Assembly (NCBI GenBank): GCA_027859125.1
Contig: JAQIBK010000043.1
Coordinates: 1-41,307 of the forward strand
From: Actinomycetota bacterium
GTDB lineage: Bacteria > Actinomycetota > Coriobacteriia > Anaerosomatales > UBA3086
DNA length: 41,307 nt
Direction of reading: 5' to 3'
The number at the start of each line of letters is the position of its first letter. The first letter of the stretch is position 1. This document shows positions 1 through 10,318 of this stretch, in pieces. Made by a program: the position numbers and the translations under genes. The notes beneath the pieces are model-generated. The model worked only from the letters and a program-made list of their open reading frames with translations, ran no database searches and was not told the origin of the DNA.

Positions 1-1983
1 CGTCACCGGTGGCGCCTCGGGCGCCGACGGTTCATCGGGACTCGTCGGCGCAGCAACATCCTCTGCATCCTTCGGCTCATCAGGAACCTCTGCGTCATCG
101 TCTGTCTTGGGAGGTGCCGCCTCGGCTTCGGCAGTTTCCTGGGCCAGATACTCGTCCCACTGGTCGCCGAGCAGTGCCACCAGCTCATCTTTGTCCACGG
201 TTTCGCGCTCGACCAGAACAAGCGCTATCAGATCAAGCTGGGCACGGTTCCCTGTCAGAATGTCTCGCGCGGTATCGAAGGCCTCGTCGATCAGCCGACG
301 AATCTCCTTGTCGATCTCATACGCGATCTCAGGACTGTAGTCAGCGTTGGCCGAGAAATCACGACCAAGGAAGACCTCGTGACTGGCCTCGCCGAACGTC
401 TGAGGCCCGAGCTTCTCGCTCATGCCATAGCGAGTGACCATCTGCTTGGCCATCTTGGTCGCACGTTCGATATCGTTACTCGCACCGGTGGTGATGTCAC
501 CCATCGCCAGTTCCTCGGCAACACGCCCGCCCAAGAACATAGCGAGATTGTCGAGCATCTGCTGACGCGAAGTGAGAAAGCGATCCTCGTTCGGCATCGA
601 GAGCGTGTAGCCCAGCGCCTGCCCGCGCGCGATGATGCTTATCTTGTGAACCGGATCCGTATTCTTGAGCTTGTGACCGACAAGAGCGTGACCCGCTTCG
701 TGGTAGGCGATGGTCTTCTTCTCCTCGTCGGAGATGAGCCTGCTCTTGCGCTCGGGACCAGAAACTACACGCTCGATAGCCTCTTCGAGCTCATCCATGT
801 CTATGCGCTTCTTGCCATGACGTGCGGCGAGCAGAGCGGCCTCATTGACCAGGTTGGCCAGATCGGCACCGGTGAAGCCCGGAGTGCGCGAAGCCAAGAC
901 GCTGAGTTCGATACCCTCGGCCAGTGGCTTGCCGCGCGTATGGATCTTGAGGATGCCCTCGCGCCCCCGCTTGTCGGGACGGTCCACGACGATCTGACGA
1001 TCGAACCGGCCGGGACGCAGGAGCGCCGGATCCAAGATGTCCGGACGGTTGGTGGCCGCGATGAGGATAACGTTGTCCTTGATATCGAAACCGTCCATCT
1101 CGACCAACAGCTGATTGAGGGTCTGCTCGCGCTCATCGTGCCCGCCACCGAGACCGGCACCACGCTGACGACCGACTGCGTCGATCTCGTCCATGAATAT
1201 GATACAGGGCGCAGCGGTCTTGGCCTGCTCAAAGAGATCACGCACGCGACTCGCACCCACGCCGACGAACATCTCCACGAAATCAGAACCTGAGATCGAG
1301 AAGAATGGCACAGCCGCCTCGCCCGCGACAGCGCGAGCCAGCAGCGTCTTTCCGGTGCCTGGAGGGCCTACGAGGAGAACACCTCTGGGGATCTTGGCGC
1401 CCAGAGCCAGGAACTTGCCCGGATTGGCAAGGAAATCCCTGATCTCCTCGAGTTCCTCGATTGCCTCATCCGCGCCTGAAACGTCCTTGAACGTGATGCG
1501 GGGTTGATCACGTGTCATGCGTTTGGCTTTGGACTTGCCGAACGACATGACCTTGGAGTTCCCTCCCTGCATCTGGCTCAGGAAGTAGACCATTACGCCG
1601 ACGAGCAGAAGTATCGGCAACAAGTTCAGGAGCAGCGCTCCCCATGAGAATCCCGTCTGCGGATCGACCTCGTAATCAACCTCCGGGTGATCCGCCAGCA
1701 GCACACTGAGCGTATCCGGACCCATGAAAGTAGAGGTGAAGGGTGTCTGACTGTCCTCACCGCCCTCTATGTCGGACTCTTCGACATAGTAGAACCCCTC
1801 GAGCTCACCCGCCTGCAACAGAACGGTCACCGAGGCCATGCGGCCATCGTCAAGCGCGCCTATGAACTCACTTGTATTGAGCTCCGTTGGAGCGTCGGGC
1901 GCCGCCACACTGCTTGCAACGAAATACACAAGTGCCGCAAGTAGCGCCAGATAGAGCAGTACCTGTCTCAGATTCCTGTTCAC
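1..1983 (-). CDS. ftsH: ATP-dependent zinc metalloprotease FtsH (3' end runs off the window)
   Basis: Read manually (absent from ORF track because there is no stop in the window). GTG at 1983 after SD AAGGAGAGG; [17 protein letters not shown], second TM, Walker [12 protein letters not shown] region, HEAGH Zn motif; acidic Pro-rich tail at the window edge; conserved tilS-hpt-ftsH order. Confidence 0.97.
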   Translation of the reverse strand, partial: MNRNLRQVLLYLALLAALVYFVASSVAAPDAPTELNTSEFIGALDDGRMASVTVLLQAGELEGFYYVEESDIEGGEDSQTPFTSTFMGPDTLSVLLADHPEVDYEVDPQTGFSWGALLLNLLPILLLVGVMVYFLSQMQGGNSKVMSFGKSKAKRMTRDQPRITFKDVSGADEAIEELEEIRDFLANPGKFLALGAKIPRGVLLVGPPGTGKTLLARAVAGEAAVPFFSISGSDFVEMFVGVGASRVRDLFEQAKTAAPCIIFMDEIDAVGRQRGAGLGGGHDEREQTLNQLLVEMDGFDIKDNVILIAATNRPDILDPALLRPGRFDRQIVVDRPDKRGREGILKIHTRGKPLAEGIELSVLASRTPGFTGADLANLVNEAALLAARHGKKRIDMDELEEAIERVVSGPERKSRLISDEEKKTIAYHEAGHALVGHKLKNTDPVHKISIIARGQALGYTLSMPNEDRFLTSRQQMLDNLAMFLGGRVAEELAMGDITTGASNDIERATKMAKQMVTRYGMSEKLGPQTFGEASHEVFLGRDFSANADYSPEIAYEIDKEIRRLIDEAFDTARDILTGNRAQLDLIALVLVERETVDKDELVALLGDQWDEYLAQETAEAEAAPPKTDDDAEVPDEPKDAEDVAAPTSPDEPSAPEAPPVT

Positions 1984-2012
1984 GCGATCCTCTCCTTAGC
2001 GGGGATCGGGAT

Positions 2013-2552
2013 TCAGTCGGTGTAGATCGCCGGCTTCAATACGCCAATATACGGCAGATTGCGATAGCGCTCTGCATAGTCCAAACCATAGCCCACGACA
2101 AACTCGTCGGGAACCTCAAACCCGATGTACTTACACGAGATAGGTACCCGCTGCTTGCCATCCTTGCTGAGCAGCGTGCAGACCTCGAGACTCTTGGGCT
2201 TTCGGCTCGCAAGATTCTTGAGCAGATACTTGAGAGTGAGGCCCGTGTCGAGGATATCCTCGACCACCAGAACGTGACGTCCTTCGATATCTTCTTCCAA
2301 GTCCTTGATGATGCGCACCACTCCGGACGATTTCGTGGACGAGCCGTAACTGGACACCGCCATGAAATCGATCTCAATGGGCGATGATATCTGCCTGGAA
2401 AGGTCCGCGATGAACAACGCTGCTCCGCGCAGAACGGCGATCATGAGAACCGGCTCGTCACCATAGTCCCCACTTATCTGGGCACCTATCTCTGCGATAC
2501 GCTCCCGGATTCGCTCCTCCGTCAGAACGATCTCCTGAATATCGCTGTGCAT
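2013..2552 (-). CDS. hpt: hypoxanthine phosphoribosyltransferase
   Basis: VLRGA, SSYG, VLVVEDILDTGLTL PRPP motif, FVVGYGLDYAERYRNLPYIG. Start taken at MHSDIQE (2552); the ORF is open to 2612. Confidence 0.96.
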   Translation of the reverse strand: MHSDIQEIVLTEERIRERIAEIGAQISGDYGDEPVLMIAVLRGAALFIADLSRQISSPIEIDFMAVSSYGSSTKSSGVVRIIKDLEEDIEGRHVLVVEDILDTGLTLKYLLKNLASRKPKSLEVCTLLSKDGKQRVPISCKYIGFEVPDEFVVGYGLDYAERYRNLPYIGVLKPAIYTD

Positions 2553-2612
2553 CTGCACACCCATCCCTTCGCTCAAAGTTGATTCCGGCGCCTCGAGCGC
2601 GCCGGGTGACAC

Positions 2613-4055
2613 TCAGTGCCTCCAAGTGAGCCGCAGCGCGTTTCGCGTTCCGGGCCCCACCTTGTGGATCTCACTCATTCTCACGCCCGCAAGCCAGACG
2701 ATGCGCTCACGATCTCGCACAACAGGCACGCGATCCCTCTGTCGGCGCGGCACCTTCGTGTCCACCAGGATGTCGGAGAGCTTTCGGCTCCCTTTCATAC
2801 CCAGCGGCTGCATCCGGTCACCTGGTCGAATCCAGCCGGCGACGAGATCGCCGACCACCGTATCAGCATCGATCACGATGCTGTCAGGTCCACCGGTCCG
2901 ATCAGTCGGATCCGCCCGTTGCACCAGGATCTCTCCATCACCAACTGGCGTGATTCCGTCCGAATCGAGCAGGACGGGCGCCAGAGACTGCGGATCATCC
3001 CCCGTGCGAGAGACGACCATTCTACCGTACTCGGAATACGCCCGCAGACCCTCCGGGAGATCTCTTGCGAAACCCTCTGAAGCAAGCCCGTCGACCAGTG
3101 CCTCGATATGATGCGACTCCAACCGAGATGCCTCAGGAAATGCATCCAGCAGAGCCGTACGCACGGTACGTCTCGCCATCGGCCGCGACAACGTGATCAT
3201 CATCGATCGCTCGAAGCGTACCTCGGAATCCTGACACTCCACGAAATCTCCGGAGAACGCCTGCGCCATATCCGCCAGAAGGTCGTCCTCGTCGGCCAGA
3301 AGGTCGATAGTGCGTGAGAGAGTTGTGGAGAAAGAAGGGTTGATCGACTCGAACACGGGCACGAGGTCGTGTCTGACGAGCGAGCGAAGTCTGGAAGTGT
3401 CGGCATTCGTGGCATCCTCACGCCATCGATGACCCCCAGCCTCAAGATAAGCGACCACATCCGATCGGCGGGCGCCCAGGATCGGGCGAACGATCCGATC
3501 CCTGGTGGGTCGAAGCGACGTCAGTCCGCCCGCTCCTGCGCCTTTGGCCACACGCATGAGGAACGTCTCCACCCTATCGTCGAGTGTGTGGCCAACGGCG
3601 ACGCGGCCGGATGGCCGCGGGGCGCCCAACATGTCGCAGCGGGCATCGATCTCCTCGGCGGCAAGGCGGTAGCGCACCTGTCTTCCGGCGTCTTCGAGGT
3701 TGAGGCCGTGCTCTTGGGCGAACGCAGCCACATCGTAACGGACCACTCGACACGGAACACCCAGCGATCGAGCGAGCTCGGCCACGAAAGCAGCATCCTC
3801 ATCGGCAGCCTGGCCACGCAGCAGGTGGTTGACGTGCAAAACGGAAACGTCCATGTCCTGACCGATCCCGCCTGAGGCGAGCAGCCTGAGCAGCGCGGTC
3901 GAATCCGCGCCTCCCGAGACCATGGCCAACACCACGGCACCGGTGGGCAGCATGTCGTGGCGCGCGACCATGTCCCGCGCGAGAGCAGGCAGGTCCGAAT
4001 CAGTTGGCTCAGTCATCTCAGGTTCGTCCATCATGCTCCCGAGGGTAGTACGCAC
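2613..4055 (-). CDS. tilS: tRNA(Ile)-lysidine synthetase
   Basis: PP-loop SGGADS, HVNHLLRG, GHTLDDRVET, RPIL, EDATN, C-terminal GDRMQPLGMKGSRKLSD domain. True start may be 4034 or 4031. Confidence 0.95.
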   Translation of the reverse strand: MRTTLGSMMDEPEMTEPTDSDLPALARDMVARHDMLPTGAVVLAMVSGGADSTALLRLLASGGIGQDMDVSVLHVNHLLRGQAADEDAAFVAELARSLGVPCRVVRYDVAAFAQEHGLNLEDAGRQVRYRLAAEEIDARCDMLGAPRPSGRVAVGHTLDDRVETFLMRVAKGAGAGGLTSLRPTRDRIVRPILGARRSDVVAYLEAGGHRWREDATNADTSRLRSLVRHDLVPVFESINPSFSTTLSRTIDLLADEDDLLADMAQAFSGDFVECQDSEVRFERSMMITLSRPMARRTVRTALLDAFPEASRLESHHIEALVDGLASEGFARDLPEGLRAYSEYGRMVVSRTGDDPQSLAPVLLDSDGITPVGDGEILVQRADPTDRTGGPDSIVIDADTVVGDLVAGWIRPGDRMQPLGMKGSRKLSDILVDTKVPRRQRDRVPVVRDRERIVWLAGVRMSEIHKVGPGTRNALRLTWRH

Positions 4056-4071
4056 GTCCTTCGGGCGCCAC

Positions 4072-4827
4072 CTACGCCGAGTCCGCTTCCTGCAAGGGAA
4101 CGGCGAAACCGTGCTCCACCTGCCCCAGCAGGACGTCGATCAGGACGGCAAGCACTGCGGCGGGTAACGCACCCTCGACCACGTAGGCCATATTCCGAGT
4201 AGCCAGGCCACCGATGATCGGAACACCCAGGCCCCCGGTACCGATGGTGGCGCCGATCGTAGCCGTACCGATATTGATCACGACCGACGTACGAATTCCG
4301 GACATGATGATCCTGGAAGCCAAAGGCAGCTCCACCCGGAACAGGACCTGCATAGGGCTCATGCCCATACCCTTCGCAGCCTCAAGAGTGGACGTCGGAA
4401 CGGAGTCCAAGCCCGCAATGGTGCTGCTGACAACCGGGAACATGCCGTACAGGAACAGAGCAACGATCGTGGGCTTGAACCCGAAGCCGAGCACCGGCAT
4501 GGCCAAAGCCAGAACGGCGACCGGCGGGAAGGTCTGGCCCAGGTCGACGGAGGCTGCAACGAGTTGCCGGAAGTCACGTCCGGAACTGCGCGTGACCCAG
4601 ATTCCGAGCGGCACCCCGACAAGCACGGTCAGCCCGCTCGATATCGCCACTATCGCCAAGTGCTCTACCGTCAGAGAGACAAGATCCGCACGTGGGTGGA
4701 GCCAGGAGACCTCCGTGGGAAACGCCCACTTGAGCGCGGCTTCGAGCCAAGAGGTGCGTGTCAGAAGCCACGCGAACACGAATGTGGCGAACGCGGCCAG
4801 CACCGGTGTTCTTCGCGACGGCCTCAT
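4072..4827 (-). CDS. yehW: osmoprotectant ABC transporter permease (YehW-like)
   Basis: QTFPPVAVLALA and EAAKGMGMS EAA motif, VELPLA; last gene of a yehZYXW-like order. Confidence 0.88.
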   Translation of the reverse strand: MRPSRRTPVLAAFATFVFAWLLTRTSWLEAALKWAFPTEVSWLHPRADLVSLTVEHLAIVAISSGLTVLVGVPLGIWVTRSSGRDFRQLVAASVDLGQTFPPVAVLALAMPVLGFGFKPTIVALFLYGMFPVVSSTIAGLDSVPTSTLEAAKGMGMSPMQVLFRVELPLASRIIMSGIRTSVVINIGTATIGATIGTGGLGVPIIGGLATRNMAYVVEGALPAAVLAVLIDVLLGQVEHGFAVPLQEADSA

Positions 4828-6032
4828 GTGCAGTCACCCTGATCATCGCTGGCAATCGACTCGAGGACGGAATCGTCAGACGTGTCCTCGGCGCTGTACT
4901 CGGCCATGTGCTCCGCTGGACGTGCTCCCTGGTGTTCATCGCTCTCGGTCATTGCGCCCTCAACCGAACCGAGGGTCACCTGACCGACGAGCCGTCCATC
5001 GGACTCCACAACTGCGATCGAGCGGAAACCGAGACCCAGCATGCGCGACAACGCTTCCTTGAGAGACGCGTCCGGCCGAACGGCGACCTGCGCCGGGTCG
5101 GCATCCGACAGTGCATCCTCGACGGTGCAGCCCCCTTTGAGCTGCGCACGATCGAGCCACCCGGTGAGACGACCCTGTTCGTCGACTAGGTACACGAAAC
5201 GCGTTCTCCCCACCTCGGCGAGCATTTCCTTCGCTCCTGCTGAGCGACGCGCAACAGGTGGAGCAGTGTCCATGACGTCCCTGACTGGTACGCGCACGAG
5301 CCTCTTGAGCGCGCGATCACTGCCCACGAAATCGCGCACGAAGTGATCGACGGGGTTGTCCAGGATAGTCTCGGGCGTGTCGTACTGCACCAAACGACCG
5401 TCCCGCATGATCGCGATCCTGTCGGCGAGACGAATCGCCTCATCTATGTCGTGGGTCACGAAGACGACGGTCTTGTGCAAGTCGCGCTGAATGCGGGCGA
5501 ACTCGCCCTGAAGTCGCCCGCGATTGAGAGGATCGACCGCACCGAACGGCTCGTCCATGAGGAGCACGGGCGGGTCTGCCGCAAGCGCCCGAGCCACACC
5601 GATCCGCTGCGCCTCACCGCCGGAGAGCTGGCGCGGATACTTGCCCATGTACTGCTCAGGTTCCAGACCCACCAGTTCCAGCAATTCACGGGCACGGCCG
5701 CGCAAGCGCGGCTTGTCCCAGCCCAACAGACGCGGTACCACCGCGATGTTGGCGGCGACATCGAGGTGAGGGAACAAGCCGACGGACTGTATCGCATAGC
5801 CGAGGCTTCGGCGAAGCTCTTCGGCCTTGAGCTCGGATGCGTCCTGCCCGTTGATCATGATTCGCCCGCTCGTGGGCGTGATCAGTCGGTTGATCATGCG
5901 CAGAGTCGTGGTCTTTCCGCAGCCGCTGGGGCCGATCAGAACGCATACCTCTCCCTCTGCGACATCGAGCGTGAGGTCGTCGACCGCGACGGTGTCCCCG
6001 TATCGTTTGGTCACACCGTCGAGATGGATCAT
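4824..6032 (-). CDS. yehX: osmoprotectant ABC transporter ATP-binding protein with CBS domains (YehX/OpuCA-like)
   Basis: GPSGCGKT, LSGGEAQR, LLMDEPF, FVTHD; C-terminal CBS pair and acidic tail; 4-nt overlaps with both neighbours. Confidence 0.9.
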   Translation of the reverse strand: MIHLDGVTKRYGDTVAVDDLTLDVAEGEVCVLIGPSGCGKTTTLRMINRLITPTSGRIMINGQDASELKAEELRRSLGYAIQSVGLFPHLDVAANIAVVPRLLGWDKPRLRGRARELLELVGLEPEQYMGKYPRQLSGGEAQRIGVARALAADPPVLLMDEPFGAVDPLNRGRLQGEFARIQRDLHKTVVFVTHDIDEAIRLADRIAIMRDGRLVQYDTPETILDNPVDHFVRDFVGSDRALKRLVRVPVRDVMDTAPPVARRSAGAKEMLAEVGRTRFVYLVDEQGRLTGWLDRAQLKGGCTVEDALSDADPAQVAVRPDASLKEALSRMLGLGFRSIAVVESDGRLVGQVTLGSVEGAMTESDEHQGARPAEHMAEYSAEDTSDDSVLESIASDDQGDCT

Positions 6033-7213
6033 GCGGCTCTGACCCCCTTGGGAGTGACTGCATCTGCAATGAAGGACAAGCCCACGTCAGCAACGATGGC
6101 GAGCACGATTATCGGCAACGCGCCGAGCAAGATGAGGTCGGGTGCGGCTTGGCCCAGGCCCTCGAAGATGAACGAGCCAAGATTGCGAGCGCCAACGAGC
6201 GCGGTGACCGCTGTGATGCCCACGAGCAGCACCGCGCCTGCTCTGACTCCCTCGAGAACCAGCGGCAAGGCAAGCGGCATCTCGACTCGCCACAGCAGCT
6301 GACCGCGACTCATGCCCATACCCCTGCCTGCGTCAACGACCGCAGGATCGACCTCCGCGAGCCCGACATACGTGTTGCGCACTATCGGCAACAGCGCGTA
6401 GAGCGTGAGGGCGATCATTGCTGGAGTCTCGCCGATGCCGCGGATCCCAAGCTGCCGCAGTACCGGATAGGCGGCAGAGAGCGCCGCGAGCGGGGCGATC
6501 AGAAGACCGAGCATCGCGAGTGACGGGATGGTCTGGATGATGCCTGTGACACCGAGCGCGACCCGTCGGATACGCGCATCACGAGCCGCGATAATACCGA
6601 GAGGGACGCCCATCGCAAGGCCGAGCACCAGGCTCACTCCAGCGAGACGGAGATGTGCGATGACACTGGGCCAGAACACAGCCGTTCGGATACCGTACTC
6701 GGCGGCAAGAGAGATCGTGTCGAGGCCTCCGAAAGCGACTGCCGCAAACAGGAATGCTGCCGTGGCCAGTGGGTAGACCATTCGCACGTGTGTTCCCTGG
6801 CTCGCCGATTCCTTCCCCATCAATGCCTGCCAGCCGGAGAATGCGACTATCGCCGCTCCGGCAAGCATCAGCCATGTCCCCGAGCCGATCGAGACCCTGG
6901 CGATCGAAGGGGCATCGACCATCAAGGACTCGGACAGAGCCCCGAGCGAAAGAGCGATTCCGCCGATCAGCAGGACACCCGCCGAAGAGAGCACATGTCC
7001 ACGAAGAGAGCGGCTGCACAGGAACGATGCGAATACAGCGAGTAGAAGCGCCAGCATGGGAACGGCCAGGATCGCCCCCGCTGCCAACCATGAGTGGGGA
7101 TCGCCCTGGGCGAGCCTGTTCGGGCGCAGCGTGCCCGCAGGGAGCATGAGAGCACTGACGAGGGCCAGGACTGCCCCCGTCAGTGCGACTCTGTCAGGTG
7201 AACGTGTCAGCAC
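6029..7213 (-). CDS. yehY: osmoprotectant ABC transporter permease (YehY-like, long N-terminal TM region)
   Basis: PNRL N-terminal motif, QTIPSLA, LYALLPIVRNT, DAGRGMGMS EAA loop. Confidence 0.88.
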   Translation of the reverse strand: MLTRSPDRVALTGAVLALVSALMLPAGTLRPNRLAQGDPHSWLAAGAILAVPMLALLLAVFASFLCSRSLRGHVLSSAGVLLIGGIALSLGALSESLMVDAPSIARVSIGSGTWLMLAGAAIVAFSGWQALMGKESASQGTHVRMVYPLATAAFLFAAVAFGGLDTISLAAEYGIRTAVFWPSVIAHLRLAGVSLVLGLAMGVPLGIIAARDARIRRVALGVTGIIQTIPSLAMLGLLIAPLAALSAAYPVLRQLGIRGIGETPAMIALTLYALLPIVRNTYVGLAEVDPAVVDAGRGMGMSRGQLLWRVEMPLALPLVLEGVRAGAVLLVGITAVTALVGARNLGSFIFEGLGQAAPDLILLGALPIIVLAIVADVGLSFIADAVTPKGVRAA

Positions 7214-7234
7214 GTGGCTGCGCGGTCTCCTCGG

Positions 7235-8200
7235 CTAGCCCACATAACCGTTGTCCGTCAGGAACTCATGGACCACATCTGCGGCAGCCTCGCCGTTGAC
7301 CGATACTCGGCCATTGAGGTCCTGCAGGATCTCTAGAGTGAGGTCCGCGAACACGGGATCCAATATCTCGGCGATCTCCGGGTACATCTCGAGCACGTCA
7401 GCGCGAACGGTGGGAGCCGGCTCATACACGGCCCACACGCTCATGGGGTCGCGCAAGACCACGAGACCCAGCGCCGAGAGGTTGCCGTCAGTGCCGTAGG
7501 CCATCGACGCGTTCGCACCGTCGGTGCCGTTCGCAGCAGCGGACTCGGACTGTGCCGTATTGCCTCCGGCGAGAATGATCAGCTGATCGGAAGCGAGTTC
7601 GAAGCCGTATCCTTCCTCGGCGGCCTTGAGGGCATCCTCGCGATCGACGAACTCCTGCGAGCCGACGAGCTTGGCCTCGCCACCCTCGGAGATCCACTCG
7701 GCCCAATCGCCGATCGTCTCGATGGCGTTCGCATCGGCAAGCTCCTGAGGAATGGCGATCGCCCACGTGTTGTTGGCCGGCGCGCGACCGAGCCACACGA
7801 TATCGTTGCCAGCGTCGTACTCCTTGGCCGCATCGTAGAGCGCCTGAGCGTCCTTGCTGACCTCGGGAGTGATCTCGGCGTCCGTGAACATCCATGCCGC
7901 AGTCCCCGTATACTCCGGATAGATGTCGATCTCACCGGATTCGAGTGCTGCGCGAACGACATCGGTCGTCCCGGTCTTGATCTGGTCGACCACATCGAAA
8001 CCATTGGCCTCGAGCAGCTGCATTATCATCTGGCCGAGGACTTCTCCCTCTGTGTCTATCTTGGAGCCGACCGTCACCGTACCGATTGGTTCCTCGGCGG
8101 CGGAGTCGCCGTCAGCCTCGTCGGTCGTGTCGGCAGTAGTGCAACCGACCACCGCCAGCAGCATAGTGGCGACGAGAACGAGTGCCGTCCATTTCCTCAT
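7235..8200 (-). CDS. osmF: osmoprotectant ABC transporter substrate-binding lipoprotein (OsmF/YehZ-like)
   Basis: ATG at 8200 after SD GGGAGG; lipobox AVVGC; VGSKIDTEG, IYPEYTG, APANNTWAIA, MAYGTDG motifs. Confidence 0.9.
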   Translation of the reverse strand: MRKWTALVLVATMLLAVVGCTTADTTDEADGDSAAEEPIGTVTVGSKIDTEGEVLGQMIMQLLEANGFDVVDQIKTGTTDVVRAALESGEIDIYPEYTGTAAWMFTDAEITPEVSKDAQALYDAAKEYDAGNDIVWLGRAPANNTWAIAIPQELADANAIETIGDWAEWISEGGEAKLVGSQEFVDREDALKAAEEGYGFELASDQLIILAGGNTAQSESAAANGTDGANASMAYGTDGNLSALGLVVLRDPMSVWAVYEPAPTVRADVLEMYPEIAEILDPVFADLTLEILQDLNGRVSVNGEAAADVVHEFLTDNGYVG

Positions 8201-8321
8201 GTGCGTGTCCTCCCTTGGAGTCCATTGCCCCCGCACGATACTCTCGACCGTCATGCGCAACGGGCGGTCATGGGGACGCTCTCTCCTTGTTCAGCGTTTC
8301 ATAGGTTTGTATCCCAGTGGC

Positions 8322-8330
8322 TGGTATGAT
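8322..8330 (+). promoter_or_regulatory. putative extended -10 element (TGgTATGAT) for the GT2 operon
   Basis: TGn-TATGAT in the divergent intergenic region about 100 nt upstream of ATG 8433. Confidence 0.35.
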
Positions 8331-8432
8331 TATCCGCGATTCGAGCATGAAAGGCACTCGCGAACACCACGGGAGGGGCCGACGCGAGAAAAGACGCGGT
8401 TCGAGAACGCCACCCGGAGAGAGTTGTCGCGC

Positions 8433-9395
8433 ATGAAACTGATCATACAGATCCCCTGCCTCAATGAGGCCGACACCCTGGCCATCGCGCTGGCAGAACT
8501 CCCGCGCGACGTCCCGGGCATAGATGTCGTCGAGTGGCTCATCGTTGACGATGGATCGACCGACGCGACCGTCGATGTTGCACGGGCGGCCGGCGTCGAT
8601 CATGTGGTATCGCACAAGAGCAATCTGGGTTTGGCATCGGCATTCAAGACGGGCATCGATGCATGTCTTCGCCTCGGGGCGGATGTCATCGTGAACACGG
8701 ATGCTGACAATCAGTACTGCGCACAGGACATACCCGCTCTCGTTGCGCCTGTGGTCGCAGGCGATGCAGACATGGTGATCGGTGAGCGGCCTATCAGCGG
8801 TATCGACCACTTCTCTCCGATCAAGAAGACACTTCAGCGTTTGGGAAGCTGGGCGGTCCGCGTCGCGAGCAAGACGGATGTCCCCGATGCGCCCAGCGGC
8901 TTCCGCGCCATGAGCCGGGATGCGGCGATGCGTCTCAACGTGTTCAACACGTACACATACACGTTGGAGACGATAATCCAGGCCGGCCAGAAGGGAATGT
9001 CCATCATAAGCGTGCCCGTCCGGGTGAACGACGATCTCCGCCCATCGCGTTTAGTCAAGAGCATTCCGTCGTACGTGAGACGATCGATGCTCACGATCAT
9101 TCGCATCTTCATGACCTACAAGCCGATGAAGTTCTTCATGGTGCCCGGCTTGTTCGTCATCAGTTTCGGCATCATCACCGGTCTCCGATACCTGTACTTC
9201 GTCGCCATCGGTCAGGGCGGAGGACACGTGCAGTCCGTGATACTCACGGCCGTTCTGCTGCTCGTAGGGTTCCAGCTTGCCCTGTTCGGACTCATCGCAG
9301 AACTCTTCAGCGCCAACCGCAAGGTACTCGAGGACATCCAGTACCGCGTGAGACGTGCGGACTACGAACACGCTGAGGAACCTCTGACTCGGTGA
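8433..9395 (+). CDS. family 2 glycosyltransferase (DPM1-like, polyprenol-phosphate type, two C-terminal TMs)
   Basis: MKLIIQIPCLNEA, VDDGSTD, NTDADNQY DxD motif, DAPSGFRA. The upstream part of track ORF 7923..9395 overlaps osmF and is not used. Confidence 0.9.
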   Translation: MKLIIQIPCLNEADTLAIALAELPRDVPGIDVVEWLIVDDGSTDATVDVARAAGVDHVVSHKSNLGLASAFKTGIDACLRLGADVIVNTDADNQYCAQDIPALVAPVVAGDADMVIGERPISGIDHFSPIKKTLQRLGSWAVRVASKTDVPDAPSGFRAMSRDAAMRLNVFNTYTYTLETIIQAGQKGMSIISVPVRVNDDLRPSRLVKSIPSYVRRSMLTIIRIFMTYKPMKFFMVPGLFVISFGIITGLRYLYFVAIGQGGGHVQSVILTAVLLLVGFQLALFGLIAELFSANRKVLEDIQYRVRRADYEHAEEPLTR

Positions 9396-10318
9396 GCGGA
9401 CGAAGAACATCCATCTGGATCCGCAGCGTCATCTCAGTCGCGCTACTTGCCGGTCTCGTTTGGTGGACCGGGATCGATCGCATCGTCGAGGGTCTTGCCG
9501 AGGTGCAAGTGGGGTGGCTCCTCGCTTCGACTCTCGTCGGTTACGTGGCCATTGCCGTCGGCAACCTGAATGTGTTCCTTCTAACGCGAGTCCTGCTTCC
9601 CGGAATCGATTGGCGTGACGTGACCCGGGCGTACCTTCGTTCCTGGGCTGCAGGCATGCTCGCTCCAGGCAAGGTGGGTGACCTGTCGTATGCGCACTTC
9701 ATCTCCTCTGACGACACGAACCTGGCTCCCGGACTGGTGGTCGGCATCGTCGACAAGATCGTCACGTTCGCTGTGACTTCAGCAATCGCGGTCACCGGCA
9801 TTCTCCTTCTCCTGGAGAAGGGGGCGGCCTTCCTGGCTGGAGGTGCGGCATTCGCCGCGTTCGTTGCGGCGATCGTTGTTCTGCGCAGCGCGCGAGCACG
9901 TCAACTCGTGCGTGAGCGTGTTCTGGGCAGGCATGCTTCACGACTGGGGGGCTTCGGCAGCAACCTCGATACGATCCTTCTCCACAGCCCTCGTACAGTA
10001 TCCGTGAACGTGCTGCTGACAATCGTGCGGACCCTCATCCAAGCTCTGGCCGTCACGCTGGCCCTGCGGGCTTTCGGTGCGCATGTTGCCCTGATCGACG
10101 CCCTGATCGTTCACTCGATCGCAGCTCTCATGTCATTGATACCCATCACCTTGTCCGGCCTCGGGGTCCGGCAGGGCACATCCGTGGTGCTCTTCGAGCG
10201 CATATCAGGGATAGCCGCCGCGCCGGTACTGAATCAGTCACTGACATCCACGCTCATCATCTATGGAACCGTCGCGGTTCTGGGAGCCACCCTGGGGCTC
10301 GGTCGGCGACGGAACTAG
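9392..10318 (+). CDS. lysylphosphatidylglycerol synthase TM-region / flippase-like membrane protein (UPF0104)
   Basis: Multi-TM protein, PGKVGD and PITLSGLGVRQ motifs; GTGA overlap with the GT2 gene. Confidence 0.8.
   Translation: MSGRRTSIWIRSVISVALLAGLVWWTGIDRIVEGLAEVQVGWLLASTLVGYVAIAVGNLNVFLLTRVLLPGIDWRDVTRAYLRSWAAGMLAPGKVGDLSYAHFISSDDTNLAPGLVVGIVDKIVTFAVTSAIAVTGILLLLEKGAAFLAGGAAFAAFVAAIVVLRSARARQLVRERVLGRHASRLGGFGSNLDTILLHSPRTVSVNVLLTIVRTLIQALAVTLALRAFGAHVALIDALIVHSIAALMSLIPITLSGLGVRQGTSVVLFERISGIAAAPVLNQSLTSTLIIYGTVAVLGATLGLGRRRN

Noticed and set aside
379-1293. 304-aa plus-strand ORF
   Set aside because: Antisense shadow of ftsH; no motifs of its own.
4214-6302. Long antisense ORFs (282 aa, 319 aa), and similar ones at 15092-15928, 31321-32097, 36874-37851 and 40422-41243
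   Set aside because: Typical shadow ORFs of GC-rich coding DNA opposite well-supported genes.
7923-8432. N-terminal extension of the 490-aa GT2 ORF
   Set aside because: Overlaps osmF on the opposite strand and the promoter region; GT2 homology begins at MKLIIQIP (8433).
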